Origin: Negaprion brevirostris
Lineage: Eukaryota
Reading direction: 5' to 3'
Assembly: GCA_030324005.1 (NCBI GenBank)
Contig: JARDVH010000099.1
Span: forward strand, 42,209,788-42,273,787
Length of the DNA stretch: 64,000 bases
Shown here: piece by piece, positions 25,782 through 38,323 of the stretch
Layout: the number at the start of each line of letters is the position of its first letter
Numbering within the stretch: the stretch's first letter is position 1
Notes under the pieces: model-generated
Told to the model about the DNA's origin: nothing
What the model saw: the letters and a program-made list of their open reading frames with translations, nothing else
Database searches by the model: none
Program-made: the position numbers and the translations under genes

Positions 25782-26005
25782 CTGTATTTAGGATGGCTGC
25801 ACAACAGTGGTGTCAAGATTACTAGCTCATATTCACAGGTGGTGACTTCAGCAACTGAGAGGATCTCATGTTTGGCTTCAGGGTGGCAGACATACATCAC
25901 AGTGGTAACTCTTGGGTTGTTCTGTTTTAGGCTGCAAGGTGTACCATTTCCCATTACCACTGGGTAATAAGGAGTGATCTGTCCTTCTATGTTTTTGGTG
26001 TGAAC
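25782..26005 (-). CDS. ERLEC1: ERLEC1 exon 7
   Basis: ttttaag/[32 protein letters not shown]...[13 protein letters not shown](R)/gtaaaa; 224 nt. Confidence 0.97.
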
Positions 26006-26771
26006 CTTAAAATAAAAGAGTCACTTTAGCACATTTATCTTTCAACAAAATTGAGCTTTGGTAATTAATGACAAGGGGAAGCATTCACCACACACATAAT
26101 AGCAGATATTCCAGTAACAAAAATATTAAAGGGCTGTCTTTTCTATAAAGACAGCCAGTTTTCATCCTTTACACAGTACTTTTGCAAAAGATGTAAAAGA
26201 AAGTTGACATTGTAAAAAATAAAGCCTCTTGTTCGAAATCTTGCACAAGTTCAAATTCAGAAAAAATTAAAAAATTAGATCTAGCCCATAAAAGGACTAT
26301 ATCAGAAATTAAACCTCCACAGTTAAGAAGAGAAAGCACAAGTTTTTTATTCATATATTATTTTCCATTTGATTCAGTTAAATAACTTAGATTATCTAAA
26401 CGTTAATTTATGTACTTCACATTTTGTAACACTATTTGTATTAATTCTATTCTTTAGTGCATGAAATGATTAAATTATCCAGTAATTTGAATTGAACAAA
26501 CGTAAGGTGGGAATTTAGATGAATTATGACGTGAAATTATAATACAAAGATAAATCAACTGAAGCAACTTCAGTTTAAGAGGAGCAACAACCCAGAATGA
26601 CAATCTACAGCTACAATGATACCACTGAAAAGTCCATTGTTTTTGGCAGCGAAAGATATGCAAAAACCAGGTTGAAGATTTAGTCCAGCTCATTTTAAGG
26701 GTGCCAACCAGTGATTGAATTTTACAACAGTGAGTGATTTGGTTGTTGGTAATGATACCTTACTCAACATT

Positions 26772-27056
26772 GGGACAGTAAGGTAGCACAGTGGTTACCC
26801 CTGCTGCCTCACAGCACCAGACAGTTGGCTTCAATTCTGGCCTGTGTGGAATTTGCATGTTTTCTCCGTCTCTGCATGGGTTTCCCATACCGAGTGCTCC
26901 GGTTTCCTCCCAAAATCCAAAGGATTAGCTATGGTTAATGCGTGGGGTTACGGAGATAGGGCAGAGGAGATAGTGGGATGCTCTTTTGGAGAGTAACTGC
27001 AGACTTGACTTGATGGACTGAATTACCTCTTTCTGCACTGTAGGGGTTCCACGATT
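26772..27056 (+). mobile_element. HE1/V-SINE
   Basis: ggtagcacagtggtt..ctgctgcctcacagcaccag..gtgtggaatttgca..gtgctccggtttcctccc..ctgcactgtagggg. Confidence 0.85.
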
Positions 27057-28711
27057 GCTAATTAAGAGTTTCAAACAGGTTTGTTTTAGGGACGATCAAG
27101 ATACATCATCTTGGTCATTCAGTTCTTGCAAAATTACTCACAAGAAATTAGAGATTTTTCAAGTTCTTCCTCAATCCATTTCTTAGACTGAACAGACTGA
27201 CCTCTGTATAGTATGCAAAATATTTAGGAATAGCAAGAAATTTCCATTAGTATCAATTAATTTGGGGGTATTTTGAAAATGTTGCATTCATAGAATAATC
27301 TAGTATCCAGTCACTTTTCTCCCATTGAAAGTGAGATGAATTCACTCAGTTATCACCCAACAAAAACCATTCATGAGAACCTGTCCGTCAGGGTGGTTTA
27401 TCAGCATCTTGGGTGAGCACATTTTCAGAAACTAACTTTGTTTTGTGTTAAAAAAAAGGTTTAAAATATTACTTCTGATTTGATAACAGACTTGTAGAAC
27501 TAGAATTGCTGCTAAACCACAAAATGCAGGCCAAATGATTAAGTACTGCAGTACTGCTTCGATTCCCAAATCCTGATTAATAATATCACCTGGTGGTGGG
27601 GTTTCAGACAGTACAAAACTATCGCACCACTGCTGGAAAAAGCAGCCAAGGATCTACTTTTGGGCACAGCACTTATGAACAAATTAACAGTGGAGTTATA
27701 GTGGGTGATAAGATGGCATTTAGGATGCAATTCGTTCAAAGTGTTAATAATGTACAAGATTTAAATCCTATGATCTTATGAACCTATTCCCATTACCTAA
27801 TTTCAGGATTACAGAACAAGTTCCTGTTAAATAGGAACCAGCTATTATTAAAAATGATTATTTGGTCATAAAGTGCTTGGTGGCACACTGAAACCAAGAA
27901 AGTTGCTATGTACGTAAATGTAAGTGCTTTGTTAACCTGTCAGAATTTTGTACAGAATGTTCTCACTTAAACTTGTCGCTGTGCTCTCAAGGTTGTAACT
28001 TTTGGTGAATTATAGGTTCCTACAGCAAATCAATGTCAAAGCCAGAGTTAGGTTTCTTCAGACATTCCTGCCCACAAAATTAACAATATATAATTTGAAG
28101 TATTGTACCTTGCATGCACAGCGCTGTACTTCCCCTTGCTGAAATAACTTGCAAAACAAAATACATCTCTAAATGTATAAGAAATAACATATACACTATT
28201 TCTTGAAAATTATGCTCACTGGCAGTATTTTATTCACCAGGCCCCATCTAGTGGCAGACGTTGGTTGACACAGGTAGCAACTGAAGTCCCAGAACTACCT
28301 GGACCAACCAATTTCTACCATTAGATGAAGCTCAACTGAGTTCAGAACAGGAGCCAGAAGCACAGCCATCGAAGGACAAACCCCAGAGACTAAGGTAAGG
28401 CAGGAGCCAAAGCTTGGAGGTGGAGGACGCATGGCTGCAGCAGCAGAGGGAATGAGGGCAGCAGAGGAAGCGCTGAGGGAAAGGATACGTTAGCAAGCAG
28501 GCCCCAGAAGAGGAGGTCAGCAACAAACAACATTGAAGTGAAACTGGTGATGTTAAATGGATGTACTGACACTTCTTTATTAACATTAAAGTAAAATGTT
28601 AAGTGAGTCAATTTTAAGCAAAAATCTACTGTAATTGGAAACTAACAGATCTGAATCATCCTACAAAAGCATGAGTTGGAAGCAATTACAATAAGGCTGC
28701 ATTCTACTTAC

Positions 28712-28758
28712 TTTCAATTTCTCCGTTTCAGATTCTTCTGGCTGTTCTGTGGTGGAAT
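28712..28758 (-). CDS. ERLEC1: ERLEC1 exon 6 (acidic linker)
   Basis: ctttgtctag/(D)STTEQPEESETEKLK/gtaagt; 47 nt, restores the phase between exons 5 and 7. Confidence 0.85.
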
Positions 28759-29936
28759 CTAGACAAAGAGAAATCTAAACTGTATGAAATACAACTGAAT
28801 GTTCACCAATTGTTCATACATAATTTTACTCCGTTTACAAGACGTACTCTTCTGGTGCTGTTAGAAACCTAAGTTCACAGAAGTCAATTATAATGGGCAG
28901 CAATTTCCATATTATCACTATTCCTATCAGGACACAATATTAATTCTTAGAACCCCACTCCATTCTTTCCCCCACCTGTCTTTCTGTCTTGGAATTGATG
29001 TTTCGAGTGTTGGTTTGTTTTGCTACTCAAATTAGTCTCAGAGAAATACAACATTGGTGAAGGGTAACTGCATGAATTTTACTTCAGTGTACCACAGCTT
29101 TTAAACCTATTTTCAAAGAGTTTCCATGATGATCTAGAAAGGGACTATGATTCATTTTATTTCCAGCATTGTCTATTTCGCATTCCACATTCTCAACTAT
29201 AACTTGATTCCTTGGAGCAAGTTGAGAAAATGTGCACAAACTGATAATAAAAGAAAGTGCGTAAAAAAAATGTATTGAATTTAAAATGTTTCCATTGTAC
29301 AGCGTTCGAACGAAGTTTCAGCCTGTGGAACCGGTGACAGAAATTAAACACAGATTCCTTTTTGTCCCTAAACCAGGAGCATGAGACTATTTCTTAGTTT
29401 GCAATCAGCTCGTCTCTCTAACCTTGTCCAAGCTTTCATGAATTCTATGTTGCTCGAACTCCAGTCTTGTGCATTCCTCCACTCCCTGCACCCTTGTGTT
29501 AGCGGCTGTGCCTTCAGCAACCTAAGCTAAGAGATTTTTTTCTTTTGTTGGTCACCAGTTCTAACATCTTCTTTCGCTTATGTCAATTCTTGTCTCATTA
29601 TGCTCTTGTAAAGCACCTCACATTGTTTTGTATTACGTAAAAAGAGCGATATAAATACAAGTTGTGGATTTCTGAAGTCACAGTGCAAACTGACATTATA
29701 GTAAGTGGCAAAACACAAGTGAACAATCCATATCTTACTTCTAGCTGCAAACAGCATCTAAAATAATCACGTCTAAAAGGATTCTTTTAAATTGTTGCTC
29801 CATGAATGTAAACAGTCTTTCATCTCAATGATCATCATGTAAACCATTTCTTGATAGGTTTGCAAATAGCATGCTCCAAGAAGATAGTGCTGCATAAATG
29901 AAAATTCAGTGCTTTCTGAATGACATTGCTACTTAC

Positions 29937-30000
29937 CTTTGGTCTCAGAATCCAGTGGCGTGCTCATGGTACCAAGGTAATATTCCTGAATATTAACTTT
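29937..30000 (-). CDS. ERLEC1: ERLEC1 exon 5
   Basis: tagcag/KVNIQEYYLGTMSTPLDSETK+1 nt/gtaagt; 64 nt. Confidence 0.95.
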
Positions 30001-30086
30001 CTGCTAAATTGAAGATATATAAAACTTAGCAGTGCAATCATTTAGAAGTTGGTAAGACGATAGGCTGGTAAAGTGAGGCACAGTAC

Positions 30087-30164
30087 CTGGCCAGTTTCTT
30101 TTTCTTCATGGTATTGGCGAATGTGTTTTCCATGACATACTTCATACGTCCAGTAAGATTCAAT
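30087..30164 (-). CDS. ERLEC1: ERLEC1 exon 4 (MRH domain 1)
   Basis: ccgcag/[26 protein letters not shown]/gtactg; 78 nt. Confidence 0.97.
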
Positions 30165-30331
30165 CTGCGGTGTATAAAGAACTTGATTAGAACTATTCAG
30201 TGAGTAGTATTTGCACACAAATGAAAGATCATAAAAAAACAAGTCAAATAATTATTGTACAAATCATAAAATCATGGAATTAAAAAAAGTGTTACCATTT
30301 TAAGAGTGTGGCACAGACTTCTATAACAGAG

Positions 30332-30545
30332 TTAAAAACAGAAAATGCTGGATAAACTCAGCAGCTTTGGCAGTTTCTGTGGAGAGAGAAACATGTTTTG
30401 AGTCCATATGATCCTTCTACTGAAATTTTTGCAGAAGGGTCACATAGGCTCATTAACTCCACAGATGTGGCTAGACCTGCTGAGTTTATCCAATTTTTCC
30501 TGTTTTTATTTCAGATTTTCAACATTCACAGTACTTTGCTTCTAT
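30332..30545. mobile_element. Fold-back Penelope-derived element
   Basis: Inverted arms aaacagaaaatgctggataaactcagcag / ctgctgagtttatccaatttttcctgttttt; central gatccttc..gaagggtca. Confidence 0.7.
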
Positions 30546-31356
30546 AACAGAGTACAATGTTGTAGGTCTTCAAACAGTAAAGGTTACCAGTCTATCCAGA
30601 GAATGAATGGAAATCCCTTGTTTGTGCATTTTGTCTTTCTGGTTATGATACTTGCCCTCACTATGATGATACTTGGGTTTGGAAGGCAGTACATTAATCA
30701 CTTTATCTGATGTAGTTTTGGTTATGAAATGTCAAATTTCTTAAACAGTAAATGGATAATTGATCAGCAGTGATAACAGACTGGATTTTACAGTAGTTAC
30801 AAGCTGAAGCTCTGACTGGACGTAAGAGATTTAAATTCCACATATTTTATAGAAGAAAAACGATGTCACGGTACACGAGTGAAAAATGATTAACCTGTCA
30901 GCCATCCTTGGACATATCACTAACAACATTGAGAAACAAGTCTACAATTTGGAAGTAAAATGGAATCTAATAAATTAGTAGCCAACAGATGAGTAGTTTA
31001 CACTGACACTTGTTTAATATGCAGTGTTACAGGAGAAGACTTAACCTATTATTTGCACTTTTCTGAATGGTTAAAAAACAAAGTTGAAATGCAAAGTAAC
31101 AATGGGTTACTACCCCCCTATCAGTAGGAAAAAAAAACTAGACTGTTCTTAATAGGATGTGATATACTTTCCCGCATTAACACAATACCATGTGGCAGTG
31201 CCTTGGTATCCAGTAAAAAGAACAATAGCCCATCCCAAATTTAATCAGAAAATTGTGTGAAAGTATGATCTAAAGACTACATTGTTCAGCCCAGGAAAGT
31301 GATTTACCATGGCTTCAAACAGTTTCGGTTAATTAATTAATCGGAAACAACTTTAC

Positions 31357-31437
31357 CCTGTAAGAACAACTGCTCTGTTTGAAGAGTGGTTCCAATAGCT
31401 CACCAGGCCCATGGCCTTTGTAATCATGTTCTTCATC
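31357..31437 (-). CDS. ERLEC1: ERLEC1 exon 3
   Basis: tttag/[27 protein letters not shown]/gtaaag; 81 nt. Confidence 0.96.
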
Positions 31438-32266
31438 CTAAATGTATAAAAGAAAAAATTAACTGCACAGGAAAGTATTCATTTCAGTCAGATTAGGAAC
31501 TCGCCCTACTGTGGACAGTTACCATTCAAGAAAAGGTAATGAAAACAGACCTCTCATTGTGTCACAGGTCAGTGATTAGTGGATTTGATAATATTGCAGC
31601 TTTAAAATGAATTAAATGTTTCGCATCTGCTGTAAACACAACTATACCAGGTTCAAGACTTGTTTCCCCAAAGTAAAATTGGTTCCATGTTATTTTATAT
31701 TCAACCTTCACAGAAATCTTAGAAAATCTTCTGCTGCATTAAGAGTATTTCTATGGAGTTAAGTGATTGAAATAGGCTGCTGGACTGAAGTACATGCAAT
31801 GCTATGTACAACATTCACTGAAACATATTTTCTGTTAGAGGCTTGATAGCACAGAACTTGAATTTTGCTCAAAAGAGATATGATGTTAAGGCTTTTCATC
31901 TTGCATCATCAGGATGGATGCAAAGTTGCCAAATTTCAGCAGCATCTCTCTTTATTTAGCAATATTTTCTGTGGTGAAGTGAAACCATTCAGCCTTGCGT
32001 AATAAGAACAATTGACAATGCCACAGGAAGCATAATTATAATTCAGTATATGATTTACTTCAAAAATTTTTCACAAAAAATAGTAACAAAATGCTATCAA
32101 ATGTCTTCAGATTCGACATAATTATCTTTTCGTTTCTACCCTCGTCACACTTATTTTACCACGGTTAGTCTATAGCAGTAACAAGTTAAGGCATACATTT
32201 AGACTATATGAAAAACACAGCTGTCATTAAGACAACACAGTAACTGATTTGGAGGGCTCTGAAGAC

Positions 32267-33525
32267 TGTTACGAACCTTGGACACACTCCCAAGTTGTTG
32301 GCAAAATCCAATTAGGGTTCAATAATGCTTTAAGGTAGACAAATTGAGATTCATATCATTTGCTCAATGAACAAAGCCATAAGATTCCACAGGTTTTGAA
32401 CAAACAACTGTCTTTAGAAGGATAAAATACTTCTCAATATTTATCCTGTATTCTAACATTCAGGGCTATAATGAGATGCATATGAATTAACACACAAACT
32501 ACAGTCAAATATACCACAGTGCGTAATAAATGCAATCAAAACGAATTCCATGGATTCTCAATAATCTACCTAGATGTCCATAACGTTGAGTCAACCAATC
32601 TCACTGAAACTTTGTCTTTCTCCCAGGAGTTCTAACCTTCATCAACGAAGATCTTAACTTGGACCTCCTTCCAAAAGATGCTGCAACTTGGGTAGCTTCA
32701 ATAATGGCCCACTTCACAGGGTTTCAATCTGGCCTTCCTTCCTCCTGGATTCCCAACTATGTTCAAACATTAACTCTCAAGCACAAGCAGAATACTTCTG
32801 CTCCAAAAGGAGTGCATTTGTCCCAGTGGCTTGCAGCACAGTCACCAATCTTTGGCTACCTTCTTGGATCTTCAGCACTTCATCTGAGCTCTCTTCAATT
32901 AGCAAACATGGATAATGCCACAATAACACTCTACCTTGGGATTTCAATCTCACTTTGAGATTCCATTCCCCTGGGTTGCTGAGAACATACCCAAGCAACA
33001 AACTGCACACACAAATTAAGATCTTTGGCTGTGCTGTGGAGAACACTACTGCTCCAAAAGGATACCTTTGTCCCAACTGCCCACTTCAATTACCAAGGCT
33101 TCCCCTGAGCCCTATTTATTTAAAGTCTGTTTCCCTGCAGCCCGTTCTCTAATTGGAGCTGGCTTCTTTGCTCTGTTCCTTAACATAATCGGACCTATCT
33201 TTGCTCCCTGTATTTTTCCCTTTCTTGGGACTCTTTTTGGGATATCTGTCTTCTTTTCCCTTGCCCACTATCAGGTACACTTATTGGGATCTTTCTTTGT
33301 TCCCTGTCTGGGACATCTCCTGTTATGGAGCTCAGCTCCCAGACACCTGGCCGAGATTTTGTGCTGTTTTTCTAGGCACAAATGAATTGGGCTCCAAAAA
33401 GCACAGAAATGCTGATCGGCACATGTGCAGCATGGTCTCAGACTGTGTGGGAGCTCCAAGGTTTCTTCGGACTTGCACTTCCCAATCTTTGCACTCAAAG
33501 TTAAAGCAAATTGGGTGTCATAACA
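32267..33525. mobile_element. Probable solo LTR (about 1.26 kb) in ERLEC1 intron 2
   Basis: Termini TGTTACGA...TCATAACA: TG...CA ends and an 8-bp inverted terminal repeat with one CpG transition. No TSD recognised. Confidence 0.6.
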
Positions 33526-34260
33526 TGAAGAAGAAACAAAACTCATCAGCTTTCATGGAACTTTTACAATATAACGTACTCATGGAGTGTTCTCAGGGCT
33601 GGGGGCATCACAGAAGTGGGAATGCAAAGATGTGCACTGTAATGTCCATTTTGAGGCACTGGTGGACCAAGAGCTAACAGCAAGGACAGGAGAGATGGGT
33701 AAGTGGTACCTAATGGGTCACAGGATAAAGGCTACAGAGTTTAAGTTTATGGAGGGTAGGTAATGCAAGGTCAACTAAGACAGCATTGGAAATAATGAGC
33801 GTAAAGGTAACAAACACAAATAAGAGCTTCAGCATCAAATAAGAGGAAGAAACAGCCAGCTTTATAGACTTGGAGCTAAATGATCTGTTGAACAGTGCTG
33901 GAAGTTCAACTTCAGATCAAACAGGCCACCGAAGCAGTGAACAGTTACTCAATTTGAAAATGTACTGCAGAAAGAAAGGAAATTGGTGGCAAGGAAAAAC
34001 CAAACTTGGAAGGAACCAAAGTTGATAGTTTCATTTATTTGATTATTAACTGGAGGAAATTGCAGCTCAACCCACGACTGGATGTTGAACACGCAGATCA
34101 ACTGTACTGAGGCAATAAAGAAGTTGAATGAGGTGGTGGAGAGGTAGGGTTGGGTGTGATTAGCATATATCACAGAATAGTTACAGCACAGGAGGAGATC
34201 ATTCAACCTGTTGTATCTGTGCTATGTATGTGGAAACTGACACTGTGCAGCCTAGACAGG

Positions 34261-34341
34261 CACCATGTCGATGAAGAAAAGCTGGGGCACCATGTTGATG
34301 AGAGAAAGGTGGGACACCATGTTGCTGAGGAAAAGCTGGGG
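34261..34341 (+). repeat. 3 x 27-nt minisatellite
   Basis: caccatgtcgatgaagaaaagctgggg / caccatgttgatgagagaaaggtggga / caccatgttgctgaggaaaagctgggg. Confidence 0.9.
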
Positions 34342-35154
34342 GCCAAGGACAGATCCTTGAAGTACCCCTCAATTGAGGAAGTGCGGTTTGAAAGAAGCCA
34401 TTTCTGGAGATGCTTTGGCTAAATTCTGATANNNNNNNNNNNNNNNNNNNNNNNNNNNNNNNNNNNNNNNNNNNNNNNNNNNNNNNNNNNNNNNNNNNNN
34501 NNNNNNNNNNNNNNNNNNNNNNNNNNNNNNNAAGCATCTCCAGAGATACCAAAATCAGCTGGCTTAGCACAGGCTAGTTATCTAACCCATAATTTAACTG
34601 ATACGCATGACTCAGTTACTCAGTGTATGAACCACATGAGACACTGCAGGAACTGAGGCTGGAGTAAATGTTGTGCCACAAAACTTGAGTAACTCTTTCA
34701 TGTTGACATTATTTGGGGCAAATGCTTTTAATGCCTATTACTTTATCTCTCATGCTAGTGAAACCACAGAAGGGTATGAACAAACGGATTTGAGGTGGTC
34801 AGAATTGCAGCTGTAAAGTGTCACTATTAAGAATGGCTAAAATATAAATAGTACTTTAAATTACCAAGAAGAAATTTAAGTTTCTGTTTGTGGTCTACCT
34901 CCACCTTGTACAAATTGAGCTAAAGAGCATTACAAAGCATTTTAAAAAGGTTCTTCACTGCGCAAAAGTGATATTTTTTAAACCAAAGACATTCATACAA
35001 AAAGTCAGATTTAAATCCATTTGGGAGTCACTGCTTGTAGTTTGATATTAATGTTAAATAAATACATTCATACAATGTTAGGTAATACATAATCATCATA
35101 TTATAAAGCTATCAAAGATCATTTGTAACAAGACTACATAAATCCTAGGCTTAC

Positions 35155-35259
35155 CTGGTCTCCATTTCCAATTGATGGCAACATACATTTATATCTTTCA
35201 TTATGCACTGTAGTAACAATTATATAGTCATCAGGTCTATACAGGCCCCCTGTGGTTGG
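35155..35259 (-). CDS. ERLEC1: ERLEC1 exon 2
   Basis: ttttcag/PTTGGLYRPDDYIIVTTVHNERYKCMLPSIGNGDQ/gtaagc; 105 nt, phase 0-0. Confidence 0.95.
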
Positions 35260-36379
35260 CTGAAAACAAAATAATTAATCACAATTATGCATCATGACTA
35301 TCCACTCTTACAAGCAGAATATTGTACTGAACAGCAGTGTACAACTTAACTTTTCATTCCTACATGCTAACACCTGCAAGCAAAACATCAACTTTACAAC
35401 ACATAGAACAGAGTTACAATATACTTGGGAAAATCTCCATCATATTAACCTGAACTGCACCCAATTAAGATAATTAATCTTCAGGTATTTATTGTTATGT
35501 TCATGAAATATTGGCCCTTTGGCTAGGATCAAGCCCAAAATCAGGTGCAATGCCTTTTCTTGTCAGCTTGGGTCTTGTATGTCTCTCTTGTGGGGACTAT
35601 GAATTGGATTCAGTTTGAATTTGAAATAGTTTTTGGAACAAGGAAATGGATTCAGGGTTTGCCCCATCCACTCTGCACACTGGCTTTGTAATTTTAAGAA
35701 TGGGATAAAATTAAAAAAATAAACTGCATTATCCTGGAATATTAATTTCATAGCAAATGGCCACAATATCATCAGAAAAGAGCAGAAATAATATTAGAAT
35801 GAACACAGACTCTTCAGCAGAATGTCTAACAATAAACATTTTCTTTTGAAATGCAGTTTACCTAAATATTAGAAATTATAAGTGACATACACAATGTGAT
35901 AGAAAAATAAAAGGCTCAGTCCTATTGACTCATTTTTGTACTAAAAATATTGAATTAACCATAATTTGGACTCAAGTGTTAACAGAACAGCAAGCTGTGG
36001 AAATTCAGCAATAAAAAATAGTTGGATAATTTGAATTAAGCAATTTTGAGTAAAAAGAGGGCTGTAAACTATCTTTGTAAAGCACTTTTGAGCTGTTTTA
36101 CTACCCCAAAGGCACTTTATGAATGCATGTTGCTTTTTTCTGTTTCAAACAGTAACGTGAATTATTAAAAGCCAAACTCTAAAGGATGATTTTATCATGA
36201 TTTTTATGCTAAATATTAGAGATAGTGCACCAATAACTGAAACAACAAAGCTCTTAAAATAAATAATTTATAGAAATAAGTATTTAATTATCAAAAACTG
36301 TCTCGAGGGTTTTTTGTTTGTAAATATTTTATTTCTATAAACATTGGTAAATTTGGGGAGCAGAAATAAAAAACTTTCC

Positions 36380-37400
36380 TGACAACTTCAGATAGCCGAC
36401 TCTTTCTCGCAGGTTTCAGCCCAAGCCAGATTTCTTTTTCTCTTATCTACCCTTCAAGCAATCTTTCTTTCATAACACCATGCTGACGCTAATAAATCCT
36501 ACGATTTCTAAATGCTGTTACCACTTCCTTAAAATGGATTTCAGCATTTTTCCATAATATCAAGTTAACCAGTCTGTAGCTCCATTTTCTCAAATAGGAT
36601 TTGCAACATTTTAACCCTCTGGGACCATTCCAGAATTCAGAGAATTTTGGAAGATCACAGCACATATATCCATCATCTCCATAGCTATTTATTTCCAAAC
36701 CTAGGATGTAGACCATCAGGTCCAGGGTACATGTTAGCTTTGAGTCCCATTAATTTATTCAGCACTTTTTCCTTAGTAATATTAATTGCTTTAAGTTCCT
36801 CACTCTTGGTAGATACTTGCNNNNNNNNNNATTTGTATAATGTCTTCCATTTCATTATTGACTTTATAGTATTCCTGTCTCAGCCACTGGGACCTATTGT
36901 TATTTTCACCATTTTCTTCCTTTTTTTTACTTAACTCATAGGAGCTCTTACATTGTGTTTTTATCACTCTTACTCCTTTACTCTCATATTCTGCTTTGTC
37001 CCTCTATGAATCTTCTGGTCTAAAATGTTCCCAATCCTCAGAGTTCTTCATCTTGGTAACGTCATCAGCCTTTGTAAATCTAATTATATTCTTAACCTCT
37101 TCAGTTAGGCATAGACGGATCATTTTTCTTGTTTTTAATCCCTCATTTTAATGTATATTTGTTGAAAGTTAAAGTTTTAAAGAAAATTTGTCATTGTTTT
37201 TCTACTTTCATACCTTTTAATCTGCTTTGCCAAACTACCTTTGTCAACTTACCACTCATATCTTTGGAATTGGCTTTAATTAAATTTAAGCTAGTTCTAG
37301 ACGCAAGTGTGCCACTCTCAAAGTCAATGTGAAATTCTATCATATTATGGTCATTCATCCCCAGAGGNNNNNNTCTCTTTAGAAAAGGTAACATTGCCAT
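36380..37400 (-). mobile_element. Old CR1 ORF2 fragment (endonuclease to RT linker)
   Basis: PLGMNDHNMIEFHI..LNLIKAN..LTKVVW; PGPDGLHPRF-like segment. Confidence 0.75.
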
Positions 37401-37620
37401 AGTTACAGATGATCATAGGCTGTCTCCTTTGAGGGGGAAGAGTTTACTGTTGCTGATTTTAACCTGAGGATCACCACATCTCAGGCAAGGGGCAAGGTTT
37501 GAGAAGGCATACATGCCTTCATGAATAACCTCAACCAGTATGGGAACTGAATCCATATTGCTGGTGTTACTCTGCATCCTGAACCAGCTGTCCAGCCAAC
37601 TGAGCTAACCACTCAGCCCC
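37400..37620 (-). mobile_element. tRNA-derived SINE (same family as 22001-22228)
   Basis: Reverse complement of tagctcagttggctggacagctgg..ctgaggttattcatgaagg..ccccttgcctgagatgtggtgatcctcaggttaaa. Confidence 0.8.
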
Positions 37621-38323
37621 AAAACAGTCCTAATTATTCAACTTGCTGGTGATTCCAGTGCTCCATGAATCAAAATCGTCTTCTGTTCCATACTTTGAAG
37701 AACGTATTCAACTATCTGATCTGTTTGATTCCACGTCAATTTGTAACTAGCTCAGTTAGGAATCCAAGGATTTATTACCTTTGAGGCAAACTCCCTCAGC
37801 AGAACTCATTCTACATGTCATTGATTCCTATTTGGATTCTGCTCCTCATTCTCAATGTGCATTTTTTTTTTTAGCTGCAAGGAGATATCTTTAACCCTGA
37901 CACTGAGCAGCCAAGTCAGGCTTTGGATTCCTGACTGTGGCTACAGAGAACAGTATACATCCACCTGACTATACTGTCATCTATCACACCATCTTACTTC
38001 CTCCATTTACATGGTTTCCCAGACCACACAGTTCCTGCAATCTTTCTTCATTACCAAACAGATAAAAAGTACTTCATACCTGTTGAATAAAGCCAAAGAT
38101 TGAGATTCCTCCATCTCTGTATCTTAGGTCTTCATTTCAGCCTACTTCTCAGTTACATTCTTTTGTACTTAATCAAAACTACCTAAACCCAAGTGGCCTG
38201 ATTGTTCTTCAATGTCTGCAACTCGTAGTCATAGACCCTCAATCTCTAACTAGTCTCCATTAAGTTTCATATTGCTCTGGTTCAACACATGACCTGCCCT
38301 ACCATCCCAATCTAACTTGGTGC

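Noticed and set aside
31322-31348. Imperfect palindrome gtttcggttaattaattaatcggaaac beside the exon 3 donor
   Set aside because: Short, AT-rich and bulged; compatible with chance.
34261-34341. 27-nt repeats superficially CRISPR-like or coding (HHVDEEKLG x3)
   Set aside because: No spacers, eukaryotic context, and it lies inside an old LINE fragment; a simple minisatellite.
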